NCBI GenBank assembly: GCA_046485285.1 | Contig: JAWOHE010000077.1 | Span: 1 to 20,813, forward strand | Length of the DNA: 20,813 nt | Direction: 5' to 3' | From: a bacterium | GTDB lineage: Bacteria > Hydrothermota > Tepidihabitantia > Tepidihabitantales > Tepidihabitantaceae | Shown here: in pieces, positions 8,322 to 15,888 of the stretch | How positions within the stretch are numbered: position 1 is the stretch's first letter | Layout of the letters: every line of letters begins with the position of its first letter | Notes under the pieces: generated by a model | Told to the model about the DNA's origin: nothing | Seen by the model: the letters and a program-made list of their open reading frames with translations, nothing else | The model's database searches: none | Made by a program: the position numbers and the translations under genes

Positions 8322-9509
8322 CTATCTCAGGGCGCGGCGGAGCTTATCGGCCATGTCGGTTCGCTCCCAGGTGAACGTGTCGCACTTCCGGCCGTCGAAC
8401 TGCCGGGTCCCGGGCCGGCGCCCGAAGTGGCCGTAGGTCGCGGTCGGGCGGTACATCGGGTTGCGCAGCCGAAGATGCCTGATCATTTCACGGGGCTTGA
8501 GCGGGAACAGCCCCCGAACCACTTTCTCCAGCTTCCGGAGGTCAACCTGCTCGGTCCCGAAGGTGTCGAACGACACCTCGGTCGGCTCGGCGCGGCCAAT
8601 GACGTAGGCGAGGCGGACCTCCATCCGGTCGCAGACGCCCGCCGCAACGCAGTTCTTGGCGACATAGCGCGCCATGTAGGTGGCGGAGCGGTCGACCTTC
8701 GTCGGGTCTTTGCCCGAGAACGCGCCGCCGCCGTGCCTCAGCCAGCCGCCATAGGTGTCGACGATGATCTTGCGGCCGGTCATTCCGGTGTCGGAGCGGG
8801 GACCGCCGACGACGAACATCCCGGTCTCGTTGATGAAGTACTTCGTCCGCCGGTCGACCAGCCCGGCGGGCAGGACCGGGCGGCAAACCGCACGGATGAG
8901 TTCCTCGCGTGCCGAACGGGTGATGCGGCGGCCGGTCCGGTCGAGGACTTTCTCCGAATGCTGGGCGGCGATGACGACGTTGTCGACCCGAACCGGCACG
9001 CCGTTCTCGTACTCGAGCGTGACCTGAGTCTTGCCATCCGGCCGGAGCCAGGGCAGGATCCGGGTCTTGCGGACCTCGGCCAGGCGCAGGGCAAGTCGGT
9101 GCGCAAGCACGATCGGCAGCGGCATCATCACGTCGGACTCGCGGCAGGCATAGCCGTACATCACACCCTGGTCGCCGGCGCCGCCGGCGTCGACGCCCTG
9201 GGCGATGTCGGGCGACTGGTGCCCGATGGCGTCGAGAATCGAGCAGTCGTCGGCGCTGATACCGTCCTCGGTGTGGACGTAGCCGATGTCGCGCAGGACG
9301 CCGCGGACGACCTCCTGCAGGTCGACCCAGATCCGGGTCGTTATCTCGCCACCGACCAGCACCAGGCCGACGGTGACGTAGGTCTCGCAGGCAACGCGGC
9401 CATTCGGGTCGCGGGCCATTACCTCGTCAAGCACCGCGTCCGAGATCTGGTCGCAGACCTTGTCCGGGTGGCCCTCGGTGACGGACTCGGAAGTGAAACG
9501 GGCTATCAT
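8322..9509 (-). CDS. metK: S-adenosylmethionine synthetase
   Basis: Motifs [79 protein letters not shown] at 9524-9518. Confidence 0.98.
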   Translation of the reverse strand: MIARFTSESVTEGHPDKVCDQISDAVLDEVMARDPNGRVACETYVTVGLVLVGGEITTRIWVDLQEVVRGVLRDIGYVHTEDGISADDCSILDAIGHQSPDIAQGVDAGGAGDQGVMYGYACRESDVMMPLPIVLAHRLALRLAEVRKTRILPWLRPDGKTQVTLEYENGVPVRVDNVVIAAQHSEKVLDRTGRRITRSAREELIRAVCRPVLPAGLVDRRTKYFINETGMFVVGGPRSDTGMTGRKIIVDTYGGWLRHGGGAFSGKDPTKVDRSATYMARYVAKNCVAAGVCDRMEVRLAYVIGRAEPTEVSFDTFGTEQVDLRKLEKVVRGLFPLKPREMIRHLRLRNPMYRPTATYGHFGRRPGTRQFDGRKCDTFTWERTDMADKLRRALR

Positions 9510-9514
9510 CAGGA

Positions 9515-9594
9515 ACGCCTCCTCATTCGGTTACGCACTCCGGGTCGGCAGGACAGGAACCGGGCGCCCGCCTGCTGCCGCGCAGGAAAGACGC
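9515..9594 (-). ncRNA. Candidate SAM-responsive translational riboswitch (SAM-III/SAM-VI-like) in the metK leader
   Basis: Nested pairings read by eye: GCGUCU/AGGCGU, GCGC/GUGC, GGCAG/CUGCC, CAGG/CCUG. GUAACC-loop-GG core overlaps the SD. Sits between a predicted promoter and metK. The SAM-III G-A junction is not present. Confidence 0.55.
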
Positions 9595-9598
9595 GCTA

Positions 9599-9626
9599 AG
9601 CTTACGGTATCGCCCGCCGGATTCAA
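9599..9626 (-). promoter_or_regulatory. Sigma70-type promoter for metK-ahcY
   Basis: TTGAAT (9626-9621), 16 nt, TAAGCT (9604-9599). Predicted TSS near 9592, at the 5' end of the structured leader. Confidence 0.6.
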
Positions 9627-9726
9627 CACCAGGATACGAAGACAGAAGCTCCCCGGGTCCGAACCCAAGAACCCCTTCTTCGTGCCCTTTACGGTTTGTC
9701 CTCATTCGGTCCGCCATTATCCCTTC

Positions 9727-10725
9727 TCACCCTTCGCTTCCCGGCGCTTCGCGCCGGGAGTCCGTTCCGGAATCCTGATAGAGTTCTCCTTCTCTCCGCG
9801 CCGCTGACGTGGCTTCTCTCCCGAGGATTTCCTCGACCAGCGGCCCAAGCCGCTCCACGAACTCGGCCCCGCTCGCGCACTGGAACCAGCGGGCGCCGGC
9901 CAGCCTGCGGCACCAGGTCAACTGCCGCCGGGCGTATGCCCGGGACTTCCGCTTGGCGGTCTCGACCGCCCCGGCGAGGCTGACTCTGCCGTCGAGATGC
10001 TCCAGCAACTCGGCATAGCCGTAGGCATTGGCGATGTAGCTGTTCGTTCCGAATCCGTGCTCGCGCAGCATCCGCACCTCGTCGAGCAGGCCGTCCCGCA
10101 TCATCCGGTCGAATCGCTCGTCAATCTGCCGGTTCAGCCGCTCCCGGTCCATCGTCAGCACGGCATGGCATGGCTCGAACTCCGGCCGGGCGGGATTCCG
10201 CTCAGTCATCATCAGCGACATCGGATGCCCGACGGTCGCACAGACCTCAAGGGCGCGAACCATCCGCTGTCGGTCGTTGGGATGAACTCGACTGGCGCGC
10301 TCCGGGTCGGCCTTCCTCAGTCTCGATTGCAGCTCGGGCAGAGACAGGGCCTCGAGCTCACGACGTACCTTAGGGTCCGCCCGGGGAGCATCGAAGAATG
10401 GCTCGAAGACGGCCCTGATGTACATCCCCGAGCCGCCAACGACCAGGAACCGCCGTCCTTCCGAGTTCAGGCGCCGCATCACTGCGAGCGCGTCGCGGGC
10501 GTAGTCGGCGGCTGAGTAGCGACGGTTGAGCTCGACCTTGTCGACCATGTGGAACGGGACCCGGTCCCGGACCTCTCGTGTCGGCTTGTCGGTCCCGATG
10601 TCGAGCCAGCAGTAGACCTGGCGGGAGTCGGCGGACACCAGCTCAAGGCCGTATCGCTCGGCGAGCGAGACCGCAACCGAAGTCTTCCCGACCCCGGTCG
10701 GGCCGGTCAGCACGAGGACAATCAC
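9727..10725 (-). CDS. miaA: tRNA dimethylallyltransferase
   Basis: P-loop GPTGVGKT, SADSRQVY, DIGTDKP, VVGGSGMY, HPNDRQRMVRALEV, YARRQLTW; directly downstream of mutL with a GTGA overlap. Confidence 0.97.
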   Translation of the reverse strand: MIVLVLTGPTGVGKTSVAVSLAERYGLELVSADSRQVYCWLDIGTDKPTREVRDRVPFHMVDKVELNRRYSAADYARDALAVMRRLNSEGRRFLVVGGSGMYIRAVFEPFFDAPRADPKVRRELEALSLPELQSRLRKADPERASRVHPNDRQRMVRALEVCATVGHPMSLMMTERNPARPEFEPCHAVLTMDRERLNRQIDERFDRMMRDGLLDEVRMLREHGFGTNSYIANAYGYAELLEHLDGRVSLAGAVETAKRKSRAYARRQLTWCRRLAGARWFQCASGAEFVERLGPLVEEILGREATSAARREGELYQDSGTDSRREAPGSEG

Positions 10726-12353
10726 GTTCGTCCGAACTTGCGGTCCAGTTCCTCCATCGTGATCTTGATGATTGCCGGCCTGCCGTGCGGGCAGAAGTAC
10801 GGCTCGCGGCAGGCGAAAAGCCGATTGATGAGCGACTCCATCTCGCCCTGCGAGAGCTTCTGGCCGGCCTTGATGGCGCCCTTGCAGGCCATCACCTTGG
10901 CTGCCTCATCGGACAGGTTACCCTTGTCGGCACGAACCCGCGCCAGCTCGGCAAAGAACTCCCGGATCTCGTTCTTGCCGATGAAGGCGCCGGCCGGCAC
11001 CGCTTCGATGACAACTGTCCGTCCGCCGAAATCCTGCGCCTCAAGCCCGAGAGAGGACAGCCGGCCCTTTATCACCTCCCAGGCCTCGTGCTCGTCCGGC
11101 GTGAGGTCGATGGTGATCGGGAAGAGCAAACCTTGGGGCCGAACGGCGCTCCTGACGCCAAGGATTTCCTCGTACAGAACCCGCTCGTGGGCAGCGTGCT
11201 GGTCGACCACGACATAACCGGAGGCAACCTGCGCCATTATGTAGCTGTTGTGAACCTGCCAGAACCCGGTCGGCGCGGTCTCCTCGGTCGTCATCGCCTG
11301 CTGGAACAGGAACTCGTCCTGGCCGGTCTGTTCGCCCCGCCGCAACCCGAGCGCCTTGCTCGCCGCCTCCGACAGGAAGTCGAACAGGAACCGGTCGTCG
11401 ACGAAGCGGACCTCCTCCTTTGTCGGGTGGATGTTGACGTCGAGCCGCGCAGGGTCCGTTTTGAGGAAGACAACGAAGTTTGGCCGACTCGTCGCAAGCG
11501 CCGGTCCATAGGCACTGCATAGCGCGCGGGTTACCGTGCGATTCCGAACGGGACGGCCGTTGAAGAAGACCTGCTGGACGTCATAGAACGCGCGGAGCTG
11601 GGTGTGGTCTGACAGGAACCCGGAGGCAGCGAGGATGGGGTTCTCCACGCGCAGCTCAACCATGCTCTCGACTACTCTCGGCTCGTAGAGACAGGCGAGC
11701 CGCTCGCGCGTCGACCTGGCGGGCGGGAGGTTCAGCAGTTCCCGGTCATTTGCCGCGACGCGGAAACGCACGGTTGGATGAGCCAGCGCATAGCCCCGCA
11801 CCGTCTCGACAATCACCCTCAGCTCGTAGCTGTCCGACTTCAGGAAACTCCGGCGCGGGGCGAGGTTGAAGAACAGGGTCCGCGCCGTGACGGTTGTCCC
11901 CCGGGGTCTTGCGGCCTCGGCGACCTCGATCACCTCGCCGCCCTCGACCTCAAGTCGAGTGCCAAGCCCGGTCTCATCAGCACACGTCTCGATCGTCAGC
12001 CGGGACACGGCGGCCACCGCGGCCAGGGCCTCACCGCGGAAGCCGAAGCTGGTCAGCGTTCTCAGGTCATCGATGTCGGCCAGCTTGCTGGTTGCGTGAC
12101 GACACACCGCGGACCTCACGTCATCACGGCTCATCCCGCAGCCGTTGTCACTCACGCGAATCAGTGTCTTCCCGCCCGCTTTGACCTCGAACTCGATGCT
12201 GTCGGCGCCAGCGTCGATGGAGTTCTCCGCCAGCTCCTTGACTACTGCTGCCGGACGCGTTATTACTTCCCCGGCGGCGATGCGTCGAATCGTGTCCTCC
12301 GACAGCATCTTCACCCGTCGCCGCTCGCAAGGATGGTATTGAGGTGTCTCCAC
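10722..12353 (-). CDS. mutL: DNA mismatch repair endonuclease MutL
   Basis: GHKL motifs IAAGEVITRPAAVVKELAENSIDAGA, DNGCGM, HATSKL, SFGFRGEALA, DVNIHPTKEEVRF; endonuclease motifs DQHAAHERVLYE, ACK and CPHGRP. Confidence 0.97.
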   Translation of the reverse strand: METPQYHPCERRRVKMLSEDTIRRIAAGEVITRPAAVVKELAENSIDAGADSIEFEVKAGGKTLIRVSDNGCGMSRDDVRSAVCRHATSKLADIDDLRTLTSFGFRGEALAAVAAVSRLTIETCADETGLGTRLEVEGGEVIEVAEAARPRGTTVTARTLFFNLAPRRSFLKSDSYELRVIVETVRGYALAHPTVRFRVAANDRELLNLPPARSTRERLACLYEPRVVESMVELRVENPILAASGFLSDHTQLRAFYDVQQVFFNGRPVRNRTVTRALCSAYGPALATSRPNFVVFLKTDPARLDVNIHPTKEEVRFVDDRFLFDFLSEAASKALGLRRGEQTGQDEFLFQQAMTTEETAPTGFWQVHNSYIMAQVASGYVVVDQHAAHERVLYEEILGVRSAVRPQGLLFPITIDLTPDEHEAWEVIKGRLSSLGLEAQDFGGRTVVIEAVPAGAFIGKNEIREFFAELARVRADKGNLSDEAAKVMACKGAIKAGQKLSQGEMESLINRLFACREPYFCPHGRPAIIKITMEELDRKFGRT

Positions 12354-12362
12354 TGCCCTTCC

Positions 12363-13145
12363 TCAGTTCAGGAGCACGAGACGATCATCGCTCGCGGCAA
12401 TCGTCCGGACCCCGGTCGCCTTGCCCAGCTCACGCGCGACTTCCCATGGTCGCGCACGAAGCATTGTCATTCCAAAGTGAGTCAGTATTGCCAGTTGCGG
12501 GCGCACGGCGGCGATGATCTGCCGCGCGTCATCAGCACAGAGGTGGTCAAGCTCCGACGGTTCGAGTCGAACCACGTTGAGTATCATCACGTCGGCGCGG
12601 TAGAAGTTGACAAGCTCGGGGAAGTAGGCCGTGTCGGCGACGTAGGCCAGCGAGCGCCCGGGTGTCTCAAACCTGAACCCGTAGACCTCTCCCCTGTGCC
12701 GATGCCGAACCGGGCAGCTGAATCGGACTGCGCCCACCTCATAGGTGCCCGACTCCCTGAGCCTTACAACCCTGGACAGGAACTGCCGCGGGTACTGCAG
12801 GACAACAGGGTCCTCTCCTCCGAGCGCATCGTCCGGCGCGAACAAGATGCCTCCCGGACGCGTCCCGCCGAGCGTCATTGCCTCGACAACGTTGTTGACG
12901 TCACCGGAGTGGTCGAGGTGCCGGTGCGAGAGCAGTACTGCGGACAGCGACGCGGGATCAAGTCGATGACGCGAAGCGGTCATCCGAACGAGCGACCCGG
13001 GTCCGGGGTCAATCAGCATCTCGGTGCCCGCCAGCGAGAGCCATATGCCGCCCGAGGCGCGCAGCTGCTTTGCCACGACGATGCGCGCGCCGCCGGAGCC
13101 GAGGAAGACCACCCGGTCCCCGGCCGCCTGCCCGTGTTGGACCAT
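12363..13145 (-). CDS. MBL-fold metallo-hydrolase (RNase Z/PhnP-like superfamily)
   Basis: Motifs VVFLGSGG, LIDPGPG, SHRHLDH (HxHxDH), YVADT, DHL, LTHFG. Start reassigned to ATG 13145; the ORF-track extension to 13364 overlaps alr on the opposite strand. Confidence 0.88.
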   Translation of the reverse strand: MVQHGQAAGDRVVFLGSGGARIVVAKQLRASGGIWLSLAGTEMLIDPGPGSLVRMTASRHRLDPASLSAVLLSHRHLDHSGDVNNVVEAMTLGGTRPGGILFAPDDALGGEDPVVLQYPRQFLSRVVRLRESGTYEVGAVRFSCPVRHRHRGEVYGFRFETPGRSLAYVADTAYFPELVNFYRADVMILNVVRLEPSELDHLCADDARQIIAAVRPQLAILTHFGMTMLRARPWEVARELGKATGVRTIAASDDRLVLLN

Positions 13146-13152
13146 GGGCGAG

Positions 13153-13180
13153 AGAATACCGCTACCCCTGTCCGCGTCAA
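13153..13180 (-). promoter_or_regulatory. Sigma70-type promoter, leaderless (MBL-mutL-miaA)
   Basis: TTGACG (13180-13175), 16 nt, TATTCT (13158-13153), 7 nt, ATG (13145). Confidence 0.68.
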
Positions 13181-13219
13181 CAGCAGCTGTGTCGCTTGAT
13201 GTTGACCCTGCGTCATCCG

Positions 13220-13247
13220 TTGACATCCCGTCCGTCGCACCTAACAT
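13220..13247 (+). promoter_or_regulatory. Sigma70-type promoter for alr (very short leader)
   Basis: TTGACA (13220-13225), 16 nt, TAACAT (13242-13247), 10 nt, ATG (13258); no SD visible. Confidence 0.65.
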
Positions 13248-13257
13248 CATCGCGGCA

Positions 13258-14433
13258 ATGGATTTCGGACGTATCTGGGCCGAGGTCAACCTCGACGCCC
13301 TGAACTGGAACCTCGACCGTGTGCGCCGATTCGTCGACGGCCGGCCGCTGTTGATGGCGGTCAAGGCGGACGGCTACGGCCACGGCCTGGTCGAAGTCGC
13401 CCGCGAACTGCAGGACCGGGTAACGGCTTTCGGCGTCGCCGGCGTCGACGAGGGCATCAAGCTGCGCCGCGCCGGTGTCCGCGAGCCGGTCATCATCGTC
13501 CTCTCTCCCGCTCCCTACGAGGAAATCCCCGACCTCTTCGCCCATCGCCTCACCCCGACCGTCACCGAGCCCGAGTTCGCCGACCGGCTGTCCCGTGCGG
13601 CGCAGGAACGCCGGCTGGAAATCGGCGTCCACATCGAGGTGGACACCGGCATGGGCCGGACCGGCGTCGGGCTGGATGAGGCCGGTAACTTCATCCGCGC
13701 CGTCGCCGCGCTGCCCGGGCTGAAGGTCGAGGGCGTCTTCACCCACTTCCCGTCCGCCGACACCGACATCCTCTTCACCGAGACCCAGCTTGCGGCCTAC
13801 TTCCGCCTGCTCGCCGAGCTCGAGCAGGAGGGATTTGACCGCATCCTGCGCCACTCGGCCAACTCCGCCGGGCTGCTGAACGTCCGCGAATCGCACCTCG
13901 ACATGGTCCGTCCCGGGCTCATCGTCTACGGCATCCTGCCCGAGAGCTACCGGGCCGGCCGGCGCAGGATCGACCTAGACCTCCGGCCGGTGATGAGCCT
14001 GCGCAGCCGCATCGTGAACCTGCGCCGCATTCCGGCCGGCCGGAGCATCAGCTACGACCGCAACTACTTCACCACCCGGGAATCGACCATCGCGGTCATC
14101 ACCGCCGGCTACGGCGACGGCTACCCCTGGGCACTGACCAATCACGGCCATGCCCTCGTTCATTGCCACCGGGCGCCCATCGTCGGCAACGTCTGCATGG
14201 ACCTGACGATGCTCGACGTCACCGACGTGCCGGGCGTCCGCATCGGCGACCCGGTAACGCTCCTGGGCGCCGAGGGCGAGGAGATCATCTCCGCCAACGA
14301 CCTCGCCACCTGGGCCGGGACGATACCGTACGACATCATCTGCCGGGTGAGCCCGCGCGTGCCGCGCATCTACATCAAGGACGGCCGTGTCAGTCATGTC
14401 AGGAGTCTCCTCAATAACCATGAAGGCCGATAA
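13258..14433 (+). CDS. alr: Alanine racemase
   Basis: Motifs WAEVNLDAL, AVKADGYGHG (PLP lysine), VDTGMGRTG, HSANSAG, VRPGLIVYG, GYGDGY, IVGNVCMD, TIPYDIIC. Start reassigned to ATG 13258. Confidence 0.97.
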   Translation: MDFGRIWAEVNLDALNWNLDRVRRFVDGRPLLMAVKADGYGHGLVEVARELQDRVTAFGVAGVDEGIKLRRAGVREPVIIVLSPAPYEEIPDLFAHRLTPTVTEPEFADRLSRAAQERRLEIGVHIEVDTGMGRTGVGLDEAGNFIRAVAALPGLKVEGVFTHFPSADTDILFTETQLAAYFRLLAELEQEGFDRILRHSANSAGLLNVRESHLDMVRPGLIVYGILPESYRAGRRRIDLDLRPVMSLRSRIVNLRRIPAGRSISYDRNYFTTRESTIAVITAGYGDGYPWALTNHGHALVHCHRAPIVGNVCMDLTMLDVTDVPGVRIGDPVTLLGAEGEEIISANDLATWAGTIPYDIICRVSPRVPRIYIKDGRVSHVRSLLNNHEGR

Positions 14434-14788
14434 CCCGGACAAGCAGGCCAACGCCGACGGCTCCGCGCTGTTCAGCACCCTCGTCTGGCGCCTCGCCGTC
14501 GAGACCCGCGCGTTCCTCGGCGAACAGCTCCATCCCGAGGTCGAGTCCATCGAGCCCCAACTGCCACTTGCCGCCCGGAGCATCGACACTCTCGAGATGC
14601 TCAAGGCGCGGACCGAGGGCAGACGAACCGAGGCCGAGTCCGAAATGCTGGACGAGGTGCTGTACCAGCTGCGCATAGACTACATCGCCGCCCGGCGCGC
14701 GCTCGAGGGCAAGCCCCGGCCGGCCTGCGCCCCGGAGCCCGAGCCTCCGGCCGACCAGGACCCGCCGGCAGGCACCGCCTCGAACTGA
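14420..14788 (+). CDS. DUF1844-like protein
   Basis: Pattern FSTLVWRLA...FLGE...LPLAARSIDTLEMLKARTEG...ESEMLDEVLYQLRIDY resembles DUF1844. The likely ATG at 14420 overlaps the 3' end of alr. Confidence 0.75.
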   Translation: MKADNPDKQANADGSALFSTLVWRLAVETRAFLGEQLHPEVESIEPQLPLAARSIDTLEMLKARTEGRRTEAESEMLDEVLYQLRIDYIAARRALEGKPRPACAPEPEPPADQDPPAGTASN

Positions 14789-14804
14789 GGCCGGCCTCGA
14801 TTCG

Positions 14805-14832
14805 TTGACACCGGAGCCCAATCGGGGAGAAT
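14805..14832 (+). promoter_or_regulatory. Sigma70-type promoter, leaderless (FMN-binding protein)
   Basis: TTGACA (14805-14810), 16 nt, GAGAAT (14827-14832), 6 nt, GTG (14839). Confidence 0.65.
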
Positions 14833-14838
14833 CTATCC

Positions 14839-15405
14839 GTGTTGCGCACGCTGATCGCTTCCGCCGGACTGCTCACGCTCACCCTCTCGGTGGCAGGCGC
14901 CGATGGCGCTGGCAGCAGCGCTACCCCGGTTCCCGACAGCTCGCGAGCACGGATGGTCGCTCCGCCGGCCGAACGCCTCGTGGCTATCTTCCCGGGCTAC
15001 TGCCACGCCGCCGAGCTCGCCGGCCCATTCCCCTGCCTCGGAGTCTACTCCAGCGCCGACTCGCTGCTCGGTTATGTCGGCTGGTCCGACCTGGCGGGCA
15101 CGACCGCGCGGGGTTACGGCGGCCCGGTTCCGGTCCGAGTCTTCGTCGCGCCGGACGGCGCCATACTCGACTTCGACCTGCTCGACAACTGCGAAACCCC
15201 GTCCTATTTCAGGCTCGTGTTCGGCGGCGACTTCCGCGCCCGTCTGACCGCATGGCAGCCCGGGCAGGAGGCGCCCGACGCGGTCTCGATGGCAACCTCG
15301 TCATCCGCCGCAATCATCGAGGGCGTGACCGGCACGGTCCAGCGCATTCTTGCCGAGGTAATCGGCCCGCCGGCTGAAGCGGACGGCAGGCGGCCGCCGC
15401 GTTGA
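14839..15405 (+). CDS. Exported FMN-binding domain protein (RnfG/NosR/NqrC-like FMN_bind domain)
   Basis: Signal-peptide-like N-terminus; motifs RGYGGPVPVRV, ETPSY and DAVSMATSSS (variant of the DxxSGATxSS flavinylation motif). Confidence 0.8.
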   Translation: MLRTLIASAGLLTLTLSVAGADGAGSSATPVPDSSRARMVAPPAERLVAIFPGYCHAAELAGPFPCLGVYSSADSLLGYVGWSDLAGTTARGYGGPVPVRVFVAPDGAILDFDLLDNCETPSYFRLVFGGDFRARLTAWQPGQEAPDAVSMATSSSAAIIEGVTGTVQRILAEVIGPPAEADGRRPPR

Positions 15406-15429
15406 CTCCCGCCGCCACTTAGCTAGAAT
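15402..15429 (+). promoter_or_regulatory. Sigma70-type promoter, leaderless (ndk)
   Basis: TTGACT (15402-15407), 16 nt, TAGAAT (15424-15429), 6 nt, TTG (15436). Confidence 0.7.
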
Positions 15430-15435
15430 TCTTGC

Positions 15436-15867
15436 TTGTCCCGTACCGAACCCGCCCCGGCGAGCGAGCAGACCCTGTTGCTCATCAAGCCCGATGCGGT
15501 GCGCCAGGCCTGTATCGGCGACATCCTGCACCGGCTTGAATGCGCCGGTTTCACTATCACCGGCTTGCGGATGCGGCGACTTGACGCCGTGGCCGCGGGC
15601 AGGTTCTACGCCGTCCACGAAGGCAAGCCCTTCTTCGCGGGCCTTGTCGAGTTCATGACTTCCGGTCCGCTGGTCGCCGTCCGGCTCGAAGCGCCGGACG
15701 CCCGGCGTCGAGTCCGGGAGTTCATCGGCGTCACCGATCCATCGCAGGCTGCGCCTGGCACGATCCGGGCCGACTTCGGCACTTCGGTGCGCGCCAACGC
15801 GGTCCACGCGTCCAACCCCGATGAAGACGTTGAAACGGAACTCCGGTTCTTCTTTCCCGAGGAATAG
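15436..15867 (+). CDS. ndk: Nucleoside diphosphate kinase
   Basis: Motifs EQTLLLIKPDAV, FYAVHEGKPFF, FMTSGP, PGTIRADFG, NAVHAS (catalytic His), ELRFFF; TTG start. Confidence 0.97.
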   Translation: MSRTEPAPASEQTLLLIKPDAVRQACIGDILHRLECAGFTITGLRMRRLDAVAAGRFYAVHEGKPFFAGLVEFMTSGPLVAVRLEAPDARRRVREFIGVTDPSQAAPGTIRADFGTSVRANAVHASNPDEDVETELRFFFPEE

Positions 15868-15888
15868 TCGGTGCCACAAGGAGGCATT

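Noticed and set aside
9523-9717. 64-aa minus-strand ORF between miaA and metK with a purine-rich stretch upstream
   Set aside because: No recognisable motif, and it runs through the predicted metK promoter and structured leader. Not called, although its stop falls inside the metK SD region and ribosome profiling could revisit it.
13024-13364. N-terminal extensions of alr (from 13024) and the MBL hydrolase (from 13364) in the ORF track
   Set aside because: They overlap each other head to head and span the divergent promoters; family homology begins at 13258 and 13145 respectively.
14781-14804. Palindrome GAGGCCGGCCTC (14787-14798) with outer CGAA/TTCG arms
   Set aside because: Short, GC-rich and lacking a U-tract; could be a weak terminator but cannot be distinguished from chance.
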